Both the position numbers and the translations under genes were made by a program. From Corythoichthys intestinalis (taxonomy: Eukaryota), in the NCBI RefSeq assembly GCF_030265065.1, contig NC_080406.1, forward strand, positions 15,913,094-15,977,093: a stretch of 64,000 nucleotides of DNA, in the 5' to 3' direction. The notes under the pieces were generated by a model that saw only the letters and a list, made by a program, of their open reading frames with translations, did no database searches and was not told where the DNA came from. Positions 1 through 11,207 of this stretch are shown here, piece by piece (the stretch's first letter is position 1; every line of letters begins with the position of its first letter).

Positions 1-960
1 CTGCTGGGGGTAGAGGGCTCATTAGCAGGGAAGCAGCTGGACAATGACCGCCGGACAAACCAGCCGACGTCGGAGGAGCGTGTAGCTGCCCAATGGTTAA
101 CAAGAATATGGCAAAATAATGATTTGCTACATGGCGAAGTCGTAAACAGCGAGAGACTCATAGGAGGGCGGCTGCAGTTGTTTTGCAGCTAACATGACAA
201 TATGTGTATGAGGAGAGCTTTTCACATGCCCATCCATGATCAAACGTAAGCAGTCCTTTATTTAAAGAAAGTTTGTAGTGTTTACTTTGTAATCGCTGTA
301 TTCGTGGCTATTTTTAACACAAAGTTGCAATTTCTGATCGGTTGGAAAATTTGACAGAACACCGGGCACATGAAAGGGGCAATAAGCTGAGTATAGTGCT
401 CTCCCGGCGGGGGGATGTGCGACAAGCTGCCGGTCGTCGGCCGAGGGGAGAAGGAGCATGTCAGCAGCCACCTACATATTAAAATGATCCCAGTATTTGA
501 CATAATGCAAAACACGATGTTTACTCACTTCCTCGTAAATCCCATGGTCCCACAGTAGTAGGGCTTGTTTTGGCCAATATCCACCGGTGAATGGGAACCT
601 TTTTAAACCCCAAAAAGGCGCACACGCCTCTCCCTCGTACAGCAAGATTTTTCTGCAGCCGTTTGGCTGGCATGATGCGAAAAATAAACGTATTAATCCA
701 CAAAATCAGCTGAATCCTTACTCCATCTCATACAACAGTACGGCTGTATAGTGAAGGGGACTCCTTCTCCCGTACACGTCACAGCGCCCTCTTCCTCAAT
801 GCAAGACCGAAGCCAGACGTCTGTCATTTTCGTATCGCGGGATTCAAAAAATTGAATATATCGATCACTTCTTCACACATCCAATTGGTCCATTTCATTC
901 AGGAGCATAAAATACTGCGTTTACTATGAAATAAACATGCTTTTTTGTGTCACAGGCACT
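1..960. repeat. Interspersed repeat, family R1, truncated at the window edge. A second near-identical copy lies at 54950-55620, with fragments at 24480-24640 and 35580-35700.
   Basis: Long stretches match by eye between 190-960 and 55030-55620, including the shared terminus 'gtgtcacaggcactt'. Confidence 0.5.
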
Positions 961-1087
961 TTAAAGTTTAGTCTTACCTCATCCAATACTTCAGCAGATA
1001 AACTAACAACAATGTATGCAGTACATTATTGTTGTATTTATTTGTATTGTTGTTTCACTGCACAGCTGTAACTGTCGGGATTTTAAT

Positions 1088-1964
1088 TACCGTAATTTCC
1101 CGAATATAACGCGCACTTTTTTCCCCAAAATTTACTCATAAAATCATGGTTGCGCGTTATTCACGGGTATAGAGACGGAGACAGAAAAAATTCATCATGA
1201 TTCATGTTCAATTGTAAGCATGGACCAGCACAATTTTACCTAATCCGAACGACAGTGATATAATAATCAAATTTCATATGGTAAATAATTGTTTTCATGG
1301 TATTTTTCACATCTAATAAAATTTAAATGTTTTTTTGTACTATTCGTTTATTATTTACTGGTACATTTTTCTTACCTTTGCGTTGCAACATGCCGGCACA
1401 CGGCGATTTTGTCTTGAAGAGAACATATATGGCGATCCGTTTCGTATAAATGTTGACCGTGTGGCGAGCTAGGACAGGAGTCTGAAGAAGAGTGTTGAAC
1501 CACTGAGCCAAGCCGCATTGTTTTATTTACATTGAAACTCACAAAGTAACAACGTACGTCTTGCTTGCAAATCGCGGGACATTTGTTTACTTCTGGCTGT
1601 TCCCATAACTAAACTCTTCCCCCAGGAACTACACAACTTGCCAACATTAGTTCCGCTGGTGAGTTCTGTTAAAACTCGCTACAACTCCTTACTTTGTGAA
1701 AATTATTATCGTATACTGTGAGCAATTTTACCACAGAAAATTAATATTCTTTTTTTTTTTTTTTTTTTTAAATATTTGACAAAAGGATTAAAAAATGCTG
1801 CAACCGCTTACTTTATAAAAGTTCGAGACACGAGACTCATATTTATTGGTGCCAACATTAGGGTGCGCTTTATACACGGGTACAAGAATTTTCCTTAGAT
1901 TTTACAGGTAAAGTTGGGGTGCGCGTTATACACGGTTGCGCCTTATATTCGGGAAATTACGGTA
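1088..1964. mobile_element. MITE with 'TACCGTAATTTCCCGAATATAA' terminal inverted repeats. A second copy lies at 19687-20517.
   Basis: 'taccgtaatttcccgaatataacgcgcac' at 1088 matches the reverse complement of 'gcgccttatattcgggaaattacggta' at about 1938-1964. Same termini at 19687 and 20517. Confidence 0.6.
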
Positions 1965-2433
1965 ATAAAAACCATAAAATGCAAACAATACCACCAAACA
2001 TACAAACAATACCACCACATGCCTGTTAATAGGGAAACCAATTTTATCCGAGAGGGGCACTGCAGAAAAGTAAAGACTGGAATAATTGTAAAAACGTGTA
2101 TTTTTTCTTTTCTTTTTTCTTTTTTTCCCCCCCATTTATATCCACACATCTACATTCGCCTAACTTCGGCGCAGGCAGCGTGGGATTGATTCCCACTCAG
2201 TGGCTTTTTGATTGTGAGTGTAAGTGATTGTCCATCTCTGTGTGTGCCCTACGACTGACTGGTGACCAGCTGAGGGTGTAGTCCACCCTTCGCTCGAAGT
2301 CAGCTGTGATAGACTCGAGCCCTCAGTGACGCTGACAACGATATCCAAGCATCCTTAAATGTTGTAATGACATAGCAATAACTTCCCGTCAAACCATACT
2401 AATGTTTTTTGTTTTATTGTGTTATATTGTCAG

Positions 2434-2504
2434 ATCATAAACAAGCTTTCCTGACAGCGCAGCCACTTGATAAAGCTCGACAGGATGCTCTAAAGTTTGT
2501 ACAG
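2434..2504 (+). CDS. Candidate exon of the VWA5-like gene (vWA domain N-terminal part, '..QPLDKARQDALKFVQ'). The exact 5' boundary is ambiguous.
   Basis: Polypyrimidine tract plus 'cag' acceptor and 'cag|gtcagt' donor. Open only in one frame. The peptide resembles the helix after the DxSxS motif of vWA domains, and the exit phase is compatible with the next exon. Confidence 0.35.
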
Positions 2505-2555
2505 GTCAGTCATGACTATTAATGCTATAATATATACATATATAATGTGTGTGTA

Positions 2556-3093
2556 TAGTAGTGCTGCAACGATTAATCGATTAACTCGAGTATTCGGTTA
2601 GAAATAAAAGATTCGAATTAAATTTTGCTGCTTCGAGTATTCGTTTAAAGTGGCGTTGTAATGGTTTATTTTGAAAGTGTTTCCATTTAGTTTTATTGAT
2701 TTGTGTGGCTACACTGCCTTCTAGTCTGCCTCATTTCACATGGCTGAATCCAGGTACTCCCTGTTAAGACCAACATAAGCTACGTTTTTGTTTTAGCTAA
2801 TGTTTTTTTAATGCATTCGTAATTTAGTTTATAGGTATATTTAGCCTATTTTTTAGGAATATATGTCCAAACCGTTTGTTAAGAGCATTGTAAAAAATGT
2901 TAGGATTTTATAGCATTTCAACTAGTGGACTTTTGCTATGTAAGTCAGTCAATTGTTCTTTTGTTGTACATAAATCATCATTTATTTATTTTTAATACAG
3001 TTTGAGGCTTTGCTCAGGTAATTTAATTTTTCATGTTCCTTGTCTGATTACTCGATTATTCGAACTAATGGTTCATCGATAAATTGACTACTA
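2556..3093 (+). mobile_element. Non-autonomous DNA transposon (MITE), about 540 bp. A second copy in the same orientation lies at 43248-43788.
   Basis: Near-identical sequence runs from 'tagtagtgctgcaacgattaatcgattaactcgag' to 'tcgataaattgactacta' in both copies. The termini are inverted ('tagtagt..gattaatcgat' and 'atcgattaatcgactacta'). Confidence 0.55.
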
Positions 3094-3354
3094 AAAAATT
3101 GCAAGGTGTAGCCCAATGTATAGGTGTGTGTATATACAGTATGTATATACAGTACAGTACATATACTGTATTTACAATATACTGTAGCTGTTAGAAGAAA
3201 CAATTGTTTCACAACTTGCTTAGCCAAAGCCTGTAGTTACTGTTTTGGTGTAACTAAAGCATGTGAAGGAAAGTAATTTGCAAGCTGTAAAATGTAAAAA
3301 AATAAATAAATAAAATGAGAGTACTGTGCTCTTACCTGCTCGCTCTCCTCTCAG

Positions 3355-3542
3355 GAAATCTCGCCAATGGGGGGCACCACTGAGCTTTGGCGGCCCCTGC
3401 AAGCCCTTGCTCTCCTGCCTCCAACCTGTGGCTTCCGCAATCTTTTCCTGCTGTCCGATGGTCACATCCAGAACGCCAACACTACTTTGCAGTTGCTCAG
3501 GGACAATGTTGAGCACAGCCGCCTCTTCGTGTGTGGCCTCAG
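3355..3542 (+). CDS. VWA5-like exon: vWA domain with the MIDAS 'GGT' motif ('EISPMGGTTELWRPLQALALLPPTCGFRNLFLLSDGHIQNANTTLQLLRDNVEHSRLFVCGL').
   Basis: 'tcag' acceptor at 3351-3354 and 'ag|gtcaga' donor. 'GGTxxxxPL' and 'LLSDG' are hallmark vWA motifs, and the exit phase 2 matches the next exon. Confidence 0.8.
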
Positions 3543-3732
3543 GTCAGACATACAGTCACGATAGACTGCAGGGCAGGTTTTTCTTAAATTGATACAATTT
3601 TGTTTACGCTGAAGTTATTTTCTTACTCATGAGTCACCATTATTATTTGATATCATTACTATTCTAATTGTATTTTTGGGCACAATTACAGTATGATTAT
3701 TATAATCACTTTTGTTAGTATTAGTGTTGCAC

Positions 3733-5387
3733 CGATATCATTTTTTGGCCCCGATACCGATACCTGGCTGTGCAGTATCGGCCGATACCGATACCATACC
3801 GATACCACCCCGTTTATATATATATATATATATATTTTTTTTTTTTCCTTTTTCCAAAGAGCTACATAATTGGATGTGAAATCATTGCTATCAAGGCTTT
3901 GTCAGGCTGTTGCTAACCTTTGCAAAATAGGAAAAAGACTAGTACAAAGTGAATAGTCTATAAACCCTAGTAGACAATAGTTGAATAAACCTTTGGCTCT
4001 CAAAGGCCAAAATAGTGCTACATTTATGAAATTAATAAAACATGTATAATGCTAGCCAAACAGTAAGAAAGTAAAAATAAATTCATAATAATAAACTCAG
4101 AATGAACTGAATAAACCTTTTTAAACCTCTCAAAGGCCAAACAGTGCAACTTTCATGATATTATTGTCACATTCTGCTGCTGGTTAGATTGTGTCTTGTT
4201 GCTGGGCTGGTCATGGGGGCTTTCCTGACGTCGCACCTTAATCCAATCTCATCAGCGCAGCATTTAAGCACGGGTGATCTCAAAGGTATTTTGCCTTGCT
4301 GATCGCCATTTGACATCTCGCACTATAGTCTCGCTACATTTCCTTGTGACGCCCCTGCATTTGGTTTTTTTCTGTTAGTGTGTTGCTCTCGTTTGTAACC
4401 CTATACCCTGTGCAGGTATTCGAATGTTTTTATTTTGGCTTTTTGGCTCGCTGCCTATCGTCTTAGTTAACCTTCGAGTTTGTAGTATTGAGCTCCGTCG
4501 ACCTGCTGTCACGGACTCCTTTTGTTATTTCTTCTATCCTGCGATCGCGTGTTATTTTTTGTTTGCAATCATTAAGCCCTTGTACATATCCCCCGCTTGT
4601 TGTCTGCTTCGAGTTCCCACCTTGTTTCCGCATTTGCGGACGCTAACAATTATAAGTAATAATAACTGACCACAGCATCCTGTCTCTCTATTAGCCTCCT
4701 TTTTTCGGGAGGGGGGAGTCCCTTATTTCTATTTCTGAAAGGTGGCAACCCTACTTTGGAAACAGTTCCCAAATGACTTCGACATTTCTTTCAGTGAAAC
4801 ACAATAAAAGTCAAGTAGACGTAGTGAACTGAACAGAGATCGTTGCTCCGGTCCAGCGCCCTTCTTCTGGATACCACTCCTCCTCTTGCACGCTCAAACT
4901 CGTTGTGTTCGTTCACATTTCGTCTTCAAATGTTATCAGGTTCGAGGTATTGAAATTGGCCAATTTAACTCCACATCTCGAAACTTTCAGGCCGCAAATC
5001 TTGCATGCAGTCAATGATTTTAATCAACGGGATTTCTATTTTGAAATACGTCCCGACCGCCGCCATTACTCCTGGTTTGTGTTTCCTCCATATGAAAAAG
5101 CTGCCTTGTGATTGGTTAGGAGTGGCTATTGGCCCGCTCTCATTGGTCTGGAGTAGGCCAATAGCAATAGCTGCTTGATGTTCACGTGTCATCACACAAC
5201 ACAGAGACAGAGTGTAGTGAGCGCCAGGAGGGGGGAAAAAAAGGCTGCGGTCAAATGTTATAATATTGGACCGGTAAATGGTATCGGCGCCGTCTTTGTT
5301 GGTACTCGCCGATACCGATACCACCATTTCGGGCTGGATCGGCGCCCCCTACCGATACCAGTACCGGTATCGGTGCATCTTTATTTA
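3733..5387. mobile_element. Putative non-autonomous DNA element bounded by inverted 'GCACCGATACCGATACC' repeats.
   Basis: 'ttgcaccgatatc..ccgataccgatacc' at 3733-3810 is inverted relative to 'ggtatcggcg..ccgataccgatacc..ggtatcggtgca' at 5280-5390. It contains a (TA)n run at 3815-3835. Confidence 0.35.
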
Positions 5388-5546
5388 GTATGTGTTGGCC
5401 AGAGGAAGATGGCTTTACATGGGGATTAAATGAACACATTTTAGTGAATATAATTGACCTAAATTGATTCAATAGGGTCACTGGTAACTGAAGATTTATT
5501 AGTTGTCTTTTTCCAATGGGCTATCTGAGTTTTGTTTTCTTTTTAG

Positions 5547-5646
5547 TTCTACAGCCAATCGGCACATGCTGGGGGCCCTGGCCCAGGCAGGGTGTGGAGC
5601 TTATGAATATTTCAATGCCAAACAAAAGCACAAGTGGGCAGAGAAG
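5547..5646 (+). CDS. VWA5-like exon, end of the vWA domain ('STANRHMLGALAQAGCGAYEYFNAKQKHKWAEK').
   Basis: 'ttttag' acceptor and 'gagaag|gtgaga' donor. The entry phase is compatible with the previous exon ('ag'+'t' gives Ser). The peptide resembles the VWA5A 'GIARASGG' segment. Confidence 0.8.
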
Positions 5647-5753
5647 GTGAGAAGATATTTGGGACACTGGCGTTGATGTTTAAAATTTGATTTCCTTTTA
5701 ACATTTGTACTGCTTGCAGTTTGTGAAATAAACATGTCTTGTCTCAATCACAG

Positions 5754-5924
5754 GTGGCTCGTCAGGTCAGGCGCATGGAGTCTCCTGTCTGCAGTTCAGT
5801 TTCAGTGAAGTGGCAGCAGTTCACCCGATCGGCACCCCCTCCTGTGCAAGCCCCCAGGCAGCTCCATGCTCTCTTCAATGACTGCCACACGCTGGTCTAT
5901 GGCTTTGTGCAAAACTGTACACAG
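5754..5924 (+). CDS. VWA5-like exon ('VARQVRRMESPVCSSVSVKWQQF..LVYGFVQNCTQ'). The 3' end is uncertain and may lie at 5894, 5924 or 5933.
   Basis: 'cag' acceptor at 5751-5753 and an open frame continuous with the previous exon. No strong GT donor is present, so the donor is either GC at 5925 or a weak GT at 5934. Confidence 0.6.
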
Positions 5925-6493
5925 GCATGCTATGTTCACTTATTAAATTCAGTTATTTTGAACAGCTTCCTCTTGGCTAAATATATTCAAACTAGGGATA
6001 CACTGATTGGGGTTTTTACGCTGTCACGAAATAATTTGGAAAAACTCATGTTTACTTTTTCCGACACAATATAAAATCTGCGGTAACTGAAGACAATTTT
6101 AGATAGGGAAAAGACTGTATTACGAGTGTAACTTACGCACATCAGGCTGGAAGAGCCAGCTGTCTTGTATAGCTCATGTTTGTTTTCATCTTAAGATATT
6201 TACTTCCAGGTAACACAGTGTGGGAACAGGCGTATATTCTTTCTTTTTCTTTTCTGCGCACCCGATTTATGACGACTCGCCATGTTTAGAGTTTATAACA
6301 ATGACATATTTTTATTTCCCGCTTCAGGACACGTACGTAGTGTAGCCTTGAGTGCACCAGAGCGGGGTCAAACCATTCTCTACTAAGACAGAGTTGGTGT
6401 ATGTTAAGGTTTTTAAGTATGTATTGAGTAGAACATAATATTTAATCAGTAGATGATTTAAATAAAAATATATAAAAATATGTTGACGGGCTT

Positions 6494-6522
6494 GGGTGCA
6501 AATACTTCTGCTCCTCACTGTG
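6494..6522. repeat. Solo Tc1-like terminal inverted repeat fragment, same family as the element at 51482-52984.
   Basis: 'gggtgcaaatacttctgctcctcactgt' matches the right inverted repeat at 52958-52984. Confidence 0.5.
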
Positions 6523-6570
6523 GATATTGGAGGACTGATCTTAGTTTTCTGCACTCCCCACCTGTCTTAG

Positions 6571-6651
6571 GCCACCCTGTATGGAAACCTAAGTGGTCAA
6601 GAGCTGACAACTATGGTGTCCACCAGTGAACTGCAGAAGACCAGGGGCACG
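6571..6651 (+). CDS. VWA5-like exon ('ATLYGNLSGQELTTMVSTSELQKTRGT').
   Basis: 'cttag' acceptor and 'cacg|gtaaga' donor. 81 nt, in frame with no stop. Confidence 0.75.
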
Positions 6652-6747
6652 GTAAGAGGCTGCAGTTCTCTGGAAATTAGCATGGGGTAGGTTGTTATCA
6701 TAATGATGACGTGGTTGGTAATTGCGCTGTCGTGTGTGTGCAATCAG

Positions 6748-6828
6748 TTTCTTCACAAGCTCACCGCAAGAGCTCTCATCAGAGACTACGAGGATGGAAA
6801 CTTGCATTCCAATGAAGCTGAACATGAG
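6748..6828 (+). CDS. VWA5-like exon ('FLHKLTARALIRDYEDGNLHSNEAEHE').
   Basis: 'caatcag' acceptor and 'gag|gtgcaa' donor. It follows an 83-nt intron, and the 'ALIRDYEDG' motif is typical of VWA5 proteins. Confidence 0.8.
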
Positions 6829-7168
6829 GTGCAAAACAGTTGGTCATTGTAATAGGTAACAAATATGAGATAACCACCCAACATTGAAGAGCATCTCAGT
6901 AAATAAGAATACTCATGCTAAAACATGTATTTATTCACTCATGCTAAATCGCAATTACTTGGCATTTGCCCCATTGTGGGCAGATGGGGCAAAAAGTAAG
7001 TCATTTGCATGACACAGAACTTCCTTTTCAAAATAGGCTAATTTTACATGAAAAAATGGTGAAAAGTGTGTTATAATTTTGATCCTTTGAGTATTTTAAC
7101 AAAAGCATTTTATAAACATTTATAAAAGCACCTGGGTACTGTTTTATGGTGTATCTTTGTATCCATAG

Positions 7169-7264
7169 AGCGAGAAAAGCCAGTTAAAGTCCTTCATCAT
7201 TGATTTAAGCAAAGAGTTCTCAATTCTGTCCCAGTTCACCAGCTTTGTGGCCATTGAAGAAAGG
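7169..7264 (+). CDS. VWA5-like exon ('SEKSQLKSFIIDLSKEFSILSQFTSFVAIEER').
   Basis: 'atccatag' acceptor and 'agg|gtttgt' donor. 96 nt, in frame. Confidence 0.8.
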
Positions 7265-7367
7265 GTTTGTATTAATTAATTGTATAAATTAATAGTAATT
7301 AATTCTACGGGGATTCATCTGTCTAACAACTCGCAAATATGTCATAAAATTCTTTTGGGCATTTTAG

Positions 7368-7526
7368 GAGCCGGTTCAGGCAGAGCAGGGCTTCACAGAC
7401 ATCCCCAAGCTATTGGCAGAAGAGGATGTAGATATCCTTCCCTACATCGACTGGACATCTTCTCAGGCTGACGGAGAAGTGGATGAGGATTTTGCTTTAT
7501 GGGGCATCCAGAAATCTTTGGGAGCG
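7368..7526 (+). CDS. VWA5-like exon ('EPVQAEQGFTDIPKLLAEEDVDILPYIDWTSSQADGEVDEDFALWGIQKSLGA').
   Basis: 'attttag' acceptor and 'gcg|gtgagc' donor. 159 nt, phase 0 to 0. Confidence 0.8.
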
Positions 7527-7782
7527 GTGAGCAATGTTCCCTCTAAGATGCGCGTGTGTGCAATCGCGCACTGCTTGCACATACTCAGCGCACAAGACAA
7601 TCTATGCAGCGCACAAAATGAAATCCAACAGAAACGTATTGTAGTGTCACTGTCAGCGCTGCAGTGATGTGTCAGCGCGACACTACTGAGTCCTGTTTGT
7701 GCGTTCGATACGGCAACGCGATGCTCCTATTGGTGCATTCAATGCGTCAAATCGACACTCCCATTCAGGTGCCTAGCCAATA

Positions 7783-8956
7783 GGGGTGTAACGGTACACA
7801 AAAATCTCGGTTCGGTACTTACCTCGGGTTTGAGGTCACGGTTCGGTTCATTTTCGGTACAGTAAAAAAACAAAATGCAAAATATTAATGTGCTAGTTGT
7901 TTATTACATACTTTTGTGCTTTCGACAATAGGAACTTTAGCCTATACAAAGCTAGAATTCTGCTCAAAAAGTAGCAGGTATTTAAAGATAATCCAACAAC
8001 AATTTGCCTTTCAGACCCCGCGTATTGGTCTTCTTTGTGAAAGAAAGAAGAAAAAAGAAGTCCTGTGCTAAAGCGAGAAGCAATCCCAATGACAAAGATT
8101 TTAACATTTTACAAATGAAATGCCTCAATGAAACTTTTTTTTTTCTTATGAACGGTTTTCAAAAGCTTTATTGGTGGATTTTCTCAAGTTAAAGCGCCAC
8201 ACAGAAATTAATCAATTTAATTGTGTAAGTAATTGTGATGTAGTATTCATTTAATATTGTATATTTTATGTTGTATAACTTTAGTTCCTATGTGAATATT
8301 AGTTCCTACTTGTTTTGTTGTGGTAGGAGCGTTTTGTATTGAACACGGGGCCGTGTTGGTTATTATTGTAGCAGAGAAGACAGCCGTAAATCAACAAAGA
8401 CAAGTCAACTGTGCCCGATCTACCACTCAAGAGATCTGATGGACTCAAAAAGTAGGTTACGGTTGCATATTAGTTTGAAAATCGACCGGATCCACCGTAT
8501 TTTTACACGAGTGACTTCCGGTCTGCCCGGTCTGCTAGCTAGTAGTATTGACGCAGGAGGGCCGTGTCATTACTCGTCTCGAGTCAAATAATAAACTCTG
8601 ACGTTCTTTTCGCATGCGTCGCGTTGAGCCGCTTCTGGGACGTATCTAACATGCGACCACACTGCGACTGGTGTGCATTGGCTGATTGACTCTAACGCCC
8701 GCGTTTCACTGCGTTCTCCCGGCGGCCACGTTGTCGCGCCGTTGACGTTTCTGGTCTGTCCTACCGTGTTGGTCCTCATTATAGTAGAGAAGACAGAGTA
8801 AATACAATCTACACAAAGAAACTGTAACCCGATCGACTCACAGCCTCGAAAAGTAAGGGTTATATTACGTCAGAAACTCGTTCGGTACGCGTCCGTTCCG
8901 AACCGACTAGCACGTACCGAAACGGTTCAACACTATTACATGTACAGTTACACCCT
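7783..8956 (+). mobile_element. hAT-type MITE, about 1.2 kb, with 'TAGGGGTGTAACGGTAC' inverted termini and an 8-bp target-site duplication 'CTAGCCAA'. An inverted copy lies at 46412-47673.
   Basis: Full-length reverse-complement match between 7783-8956 and 46412-47673. Flanking 'ctagccaa' is duplicated at 7773-7780 and 8959-8966. Each copy has an internal direct repeat of about 120 bp. Confidence 0.7.
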
Positions 8957-10174
8957 TACTAGCCAATAATACGATACAGTTGTCAGGGAAGCTGAAGTTT
9001 GAACTCCAAGACAAGTGTTACCTCGATTGCTCGATTAGAGAAATGAATCAGACCAACCAATGATTGCCTGCTTCGAATACTTTATATAAAGACTTGATGC
9101 ATCAAGGATACAATGGCGTGATCCGGCAAGGAGCCGTGAACTCGCAAGAGTACAAAGAAGTACTTAGTATTTATACTGTTGAAAGGGCGTTACCCAAAGA
9201 TGCTTACTGTGAAAAGATACCTATGAAAACGAAAGTGAAACTTAAGTATCAACTCTGGTGGTTTTCCACAGAAAAACATTGTGACTTACAACCTTGAGAA
9301 CATGACCGTGGCTGGCACCAAAAAGGAGTTAAAATCTGATCAGACAGTCAACAGAACCTGTTATCTTATTTTTAATAGATTTACACTGAAAACATGGGAA
9401 TTTGACTTGTTTTAAAGAGGTGTGTTTTTGCAGTGCAGCTGCTCAGACAGAAAGGAATAGGAATCTTGAGTGTCCTTATTGTCTGAACAGTTTTAATATG
9501 GGAGTTTGGTATACTGTACTCCCATTGTGGTTGTTCATTATGATTTATCAACTCAGCCATGCTACAACTCGACCTTACTCAGGCCAAAGCAGGACTCTTC
9601 CTATGGTTAAAGCGGGATTCTCACATATAACATCGTACACATCTCATGAACGAAATTTTTGTCTTTTTCATTTTGAAGTGGGCCACATCAATTATATTAA
9701 AAGTAAACTAATGAAGATTGCTGCCGTATTTTCATTCTTTTAATAAGCCATGTAGCTTGCTATGATCCAAGGATTTGAACAGTCGTGATACTGGTGTGTG
9801 GCAACAGTGTACACATCTGATGTTGCTCATTGTGTTCCACTATGGAGGTAGATTTGTGTCTTTATTATTCAATCAAAAAATAAGTTACTTCAAATAAAAA
9901 ATATTTTCAAAATAAAAATCACCTCAATCAAAAATACAAAAATTTCAATCTTAGAAAAAAAGTTTTTGAATGCGAAAAAGTATTTGAAACTCAGAAATTT
10001 GCATTTTAACACTCAAATTTTCTTTGAAACTGTTTTCTTTGATTGAAGCAATCCTTTTTCCTGTGATTTAATAATTTAGACACAAATGTCCTACACATAA
10101 TATGGCACAAACACAAAAAGGATTGCTGAATCTGAATCATTCTTCATAAAATCTGGTCTCATTTAAATCTACAG

Positions 10175-10330
10175 TGTTGGGACAACATAATGGAACCACC
10201 TAACATTTTGGCATCAGATGAGGATGAAGAAATCCTTCCCTACATCAAGTGCGAATCTTCTCTGGCTGACGTAGAAGAAGAAGAGGGTTTTGCCGAAATG
10301 CCTCTGCACCGCATCCAGTCAGAAAAGAAA
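10175..10330 (+). CDS. VWA5-like exon ('CWDNIMEPPNILASDEDEEILPYIKCESSLADVEEEEGFAEMPLHRIQSEKK'). It is a paralogous duplicate of the exon at 7368-7526.
   Basis: 'acag' acceptor and 'aaa|gtatgt' donor. 156 nt, phase 0 to 0. The peptide shares the motif 'E(D/E)xDILPYI..SS.AD.E.(D/E)E.F' with the exon at 7368-7526. Confidence 0.65.
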
Positions 10331-10859
10331 GTATGTGATCCCTTTGCAATTTATTACCTTTCCAAATCAATTGGCCATAAAATGTGGTCTGATCTTCATC
10401 TACATCAGAAGAAGAAACTTTAACAGAATTGCAAGGACAAGTAAGGGAACCTCTACTTGAGGCCCGCGAGGTTTATCTATCTGGCAGGCCCGTTATAGGT
10501 CATTCATACAGAACATAAAAATCACATGCTTTTATTTTGACATTGGTGCCGTAAAACTAGATTTGTGATTTGTATGATCGAGTGTGTGCACAATTGCACT
10601 TGGCTCACTTTCGTATCCGCAGTTACATTCATTCATTTGCCCTCTCCCAGTCAAAATGGATTGGATGTTCAGCACCATCGAGGGCCTTAGGTTAACAAGG
10701 AATAGACCCAAAAATACCCTAAAGCCAACAGGAAGTGACACCAAACAACAGGAAGTATCCTTGAAAAGGCCTAGAATCAACAGGAAGCAGCCCGGAAATG
10801 CCCCAAAAATTAACAAGAAATAATCCAAAATTTACAGGAAGTGACTCGTAAATATCTTA

Positions 10860-11207
10860 AAGGGAACCACGGATAGAAGGACATGTAATTCTTAAAAGGT
10901 AAATCTTAGTAAGAGTCATAATAATTAGTGCTGTCAAATTTATCGCGTTAACAGGCGTTAATTCATTTTTTAAAATTAATCTCGTTAAGATATTTGACGC
11001 AATTAACGCATGCACGGAATGTTCATGCGTTGCCTCAAACAGTTTACAATGATGCCGTTTTAGCACATTGAGAGTGAAAAGGCAGAGAAATGCGAGCGGA
11101 CACAGGACTGCGCCTTTTATTGGCTTAAGCTTTGGCAACTCTTTCACAACAATTATAAGTATTGTGGTGAACGACATGGTGAAGAATGACAGGAGATTAT
11201 TTTTTTT
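10860..11207. repeat. Interspersed repeat. A related copy lies at 16600-17060, and the start includes an hAT-MITE end ('agtgctgtcaaatttatcgcgttaac').
   Basis: Shared segments 'ggcagagaaatgcgagcggacacagg..ttggcaactctttcacaacaa' and '..gagaactggcattc..acttactcagacttt'. Confidence 0.45.

Noticed and set aside
5925-5933. Extending the exon at 5754-5924 by three codons (ACY) to use the 'TAT|GTTCAC' GT donor
   Set aside because: Left unresolved rather than adopted. Both the GC donor at 5925 and the GT donor at 5934 preserve phase, and the sequence alone cannot decide. The coordinates given are the shorter version.
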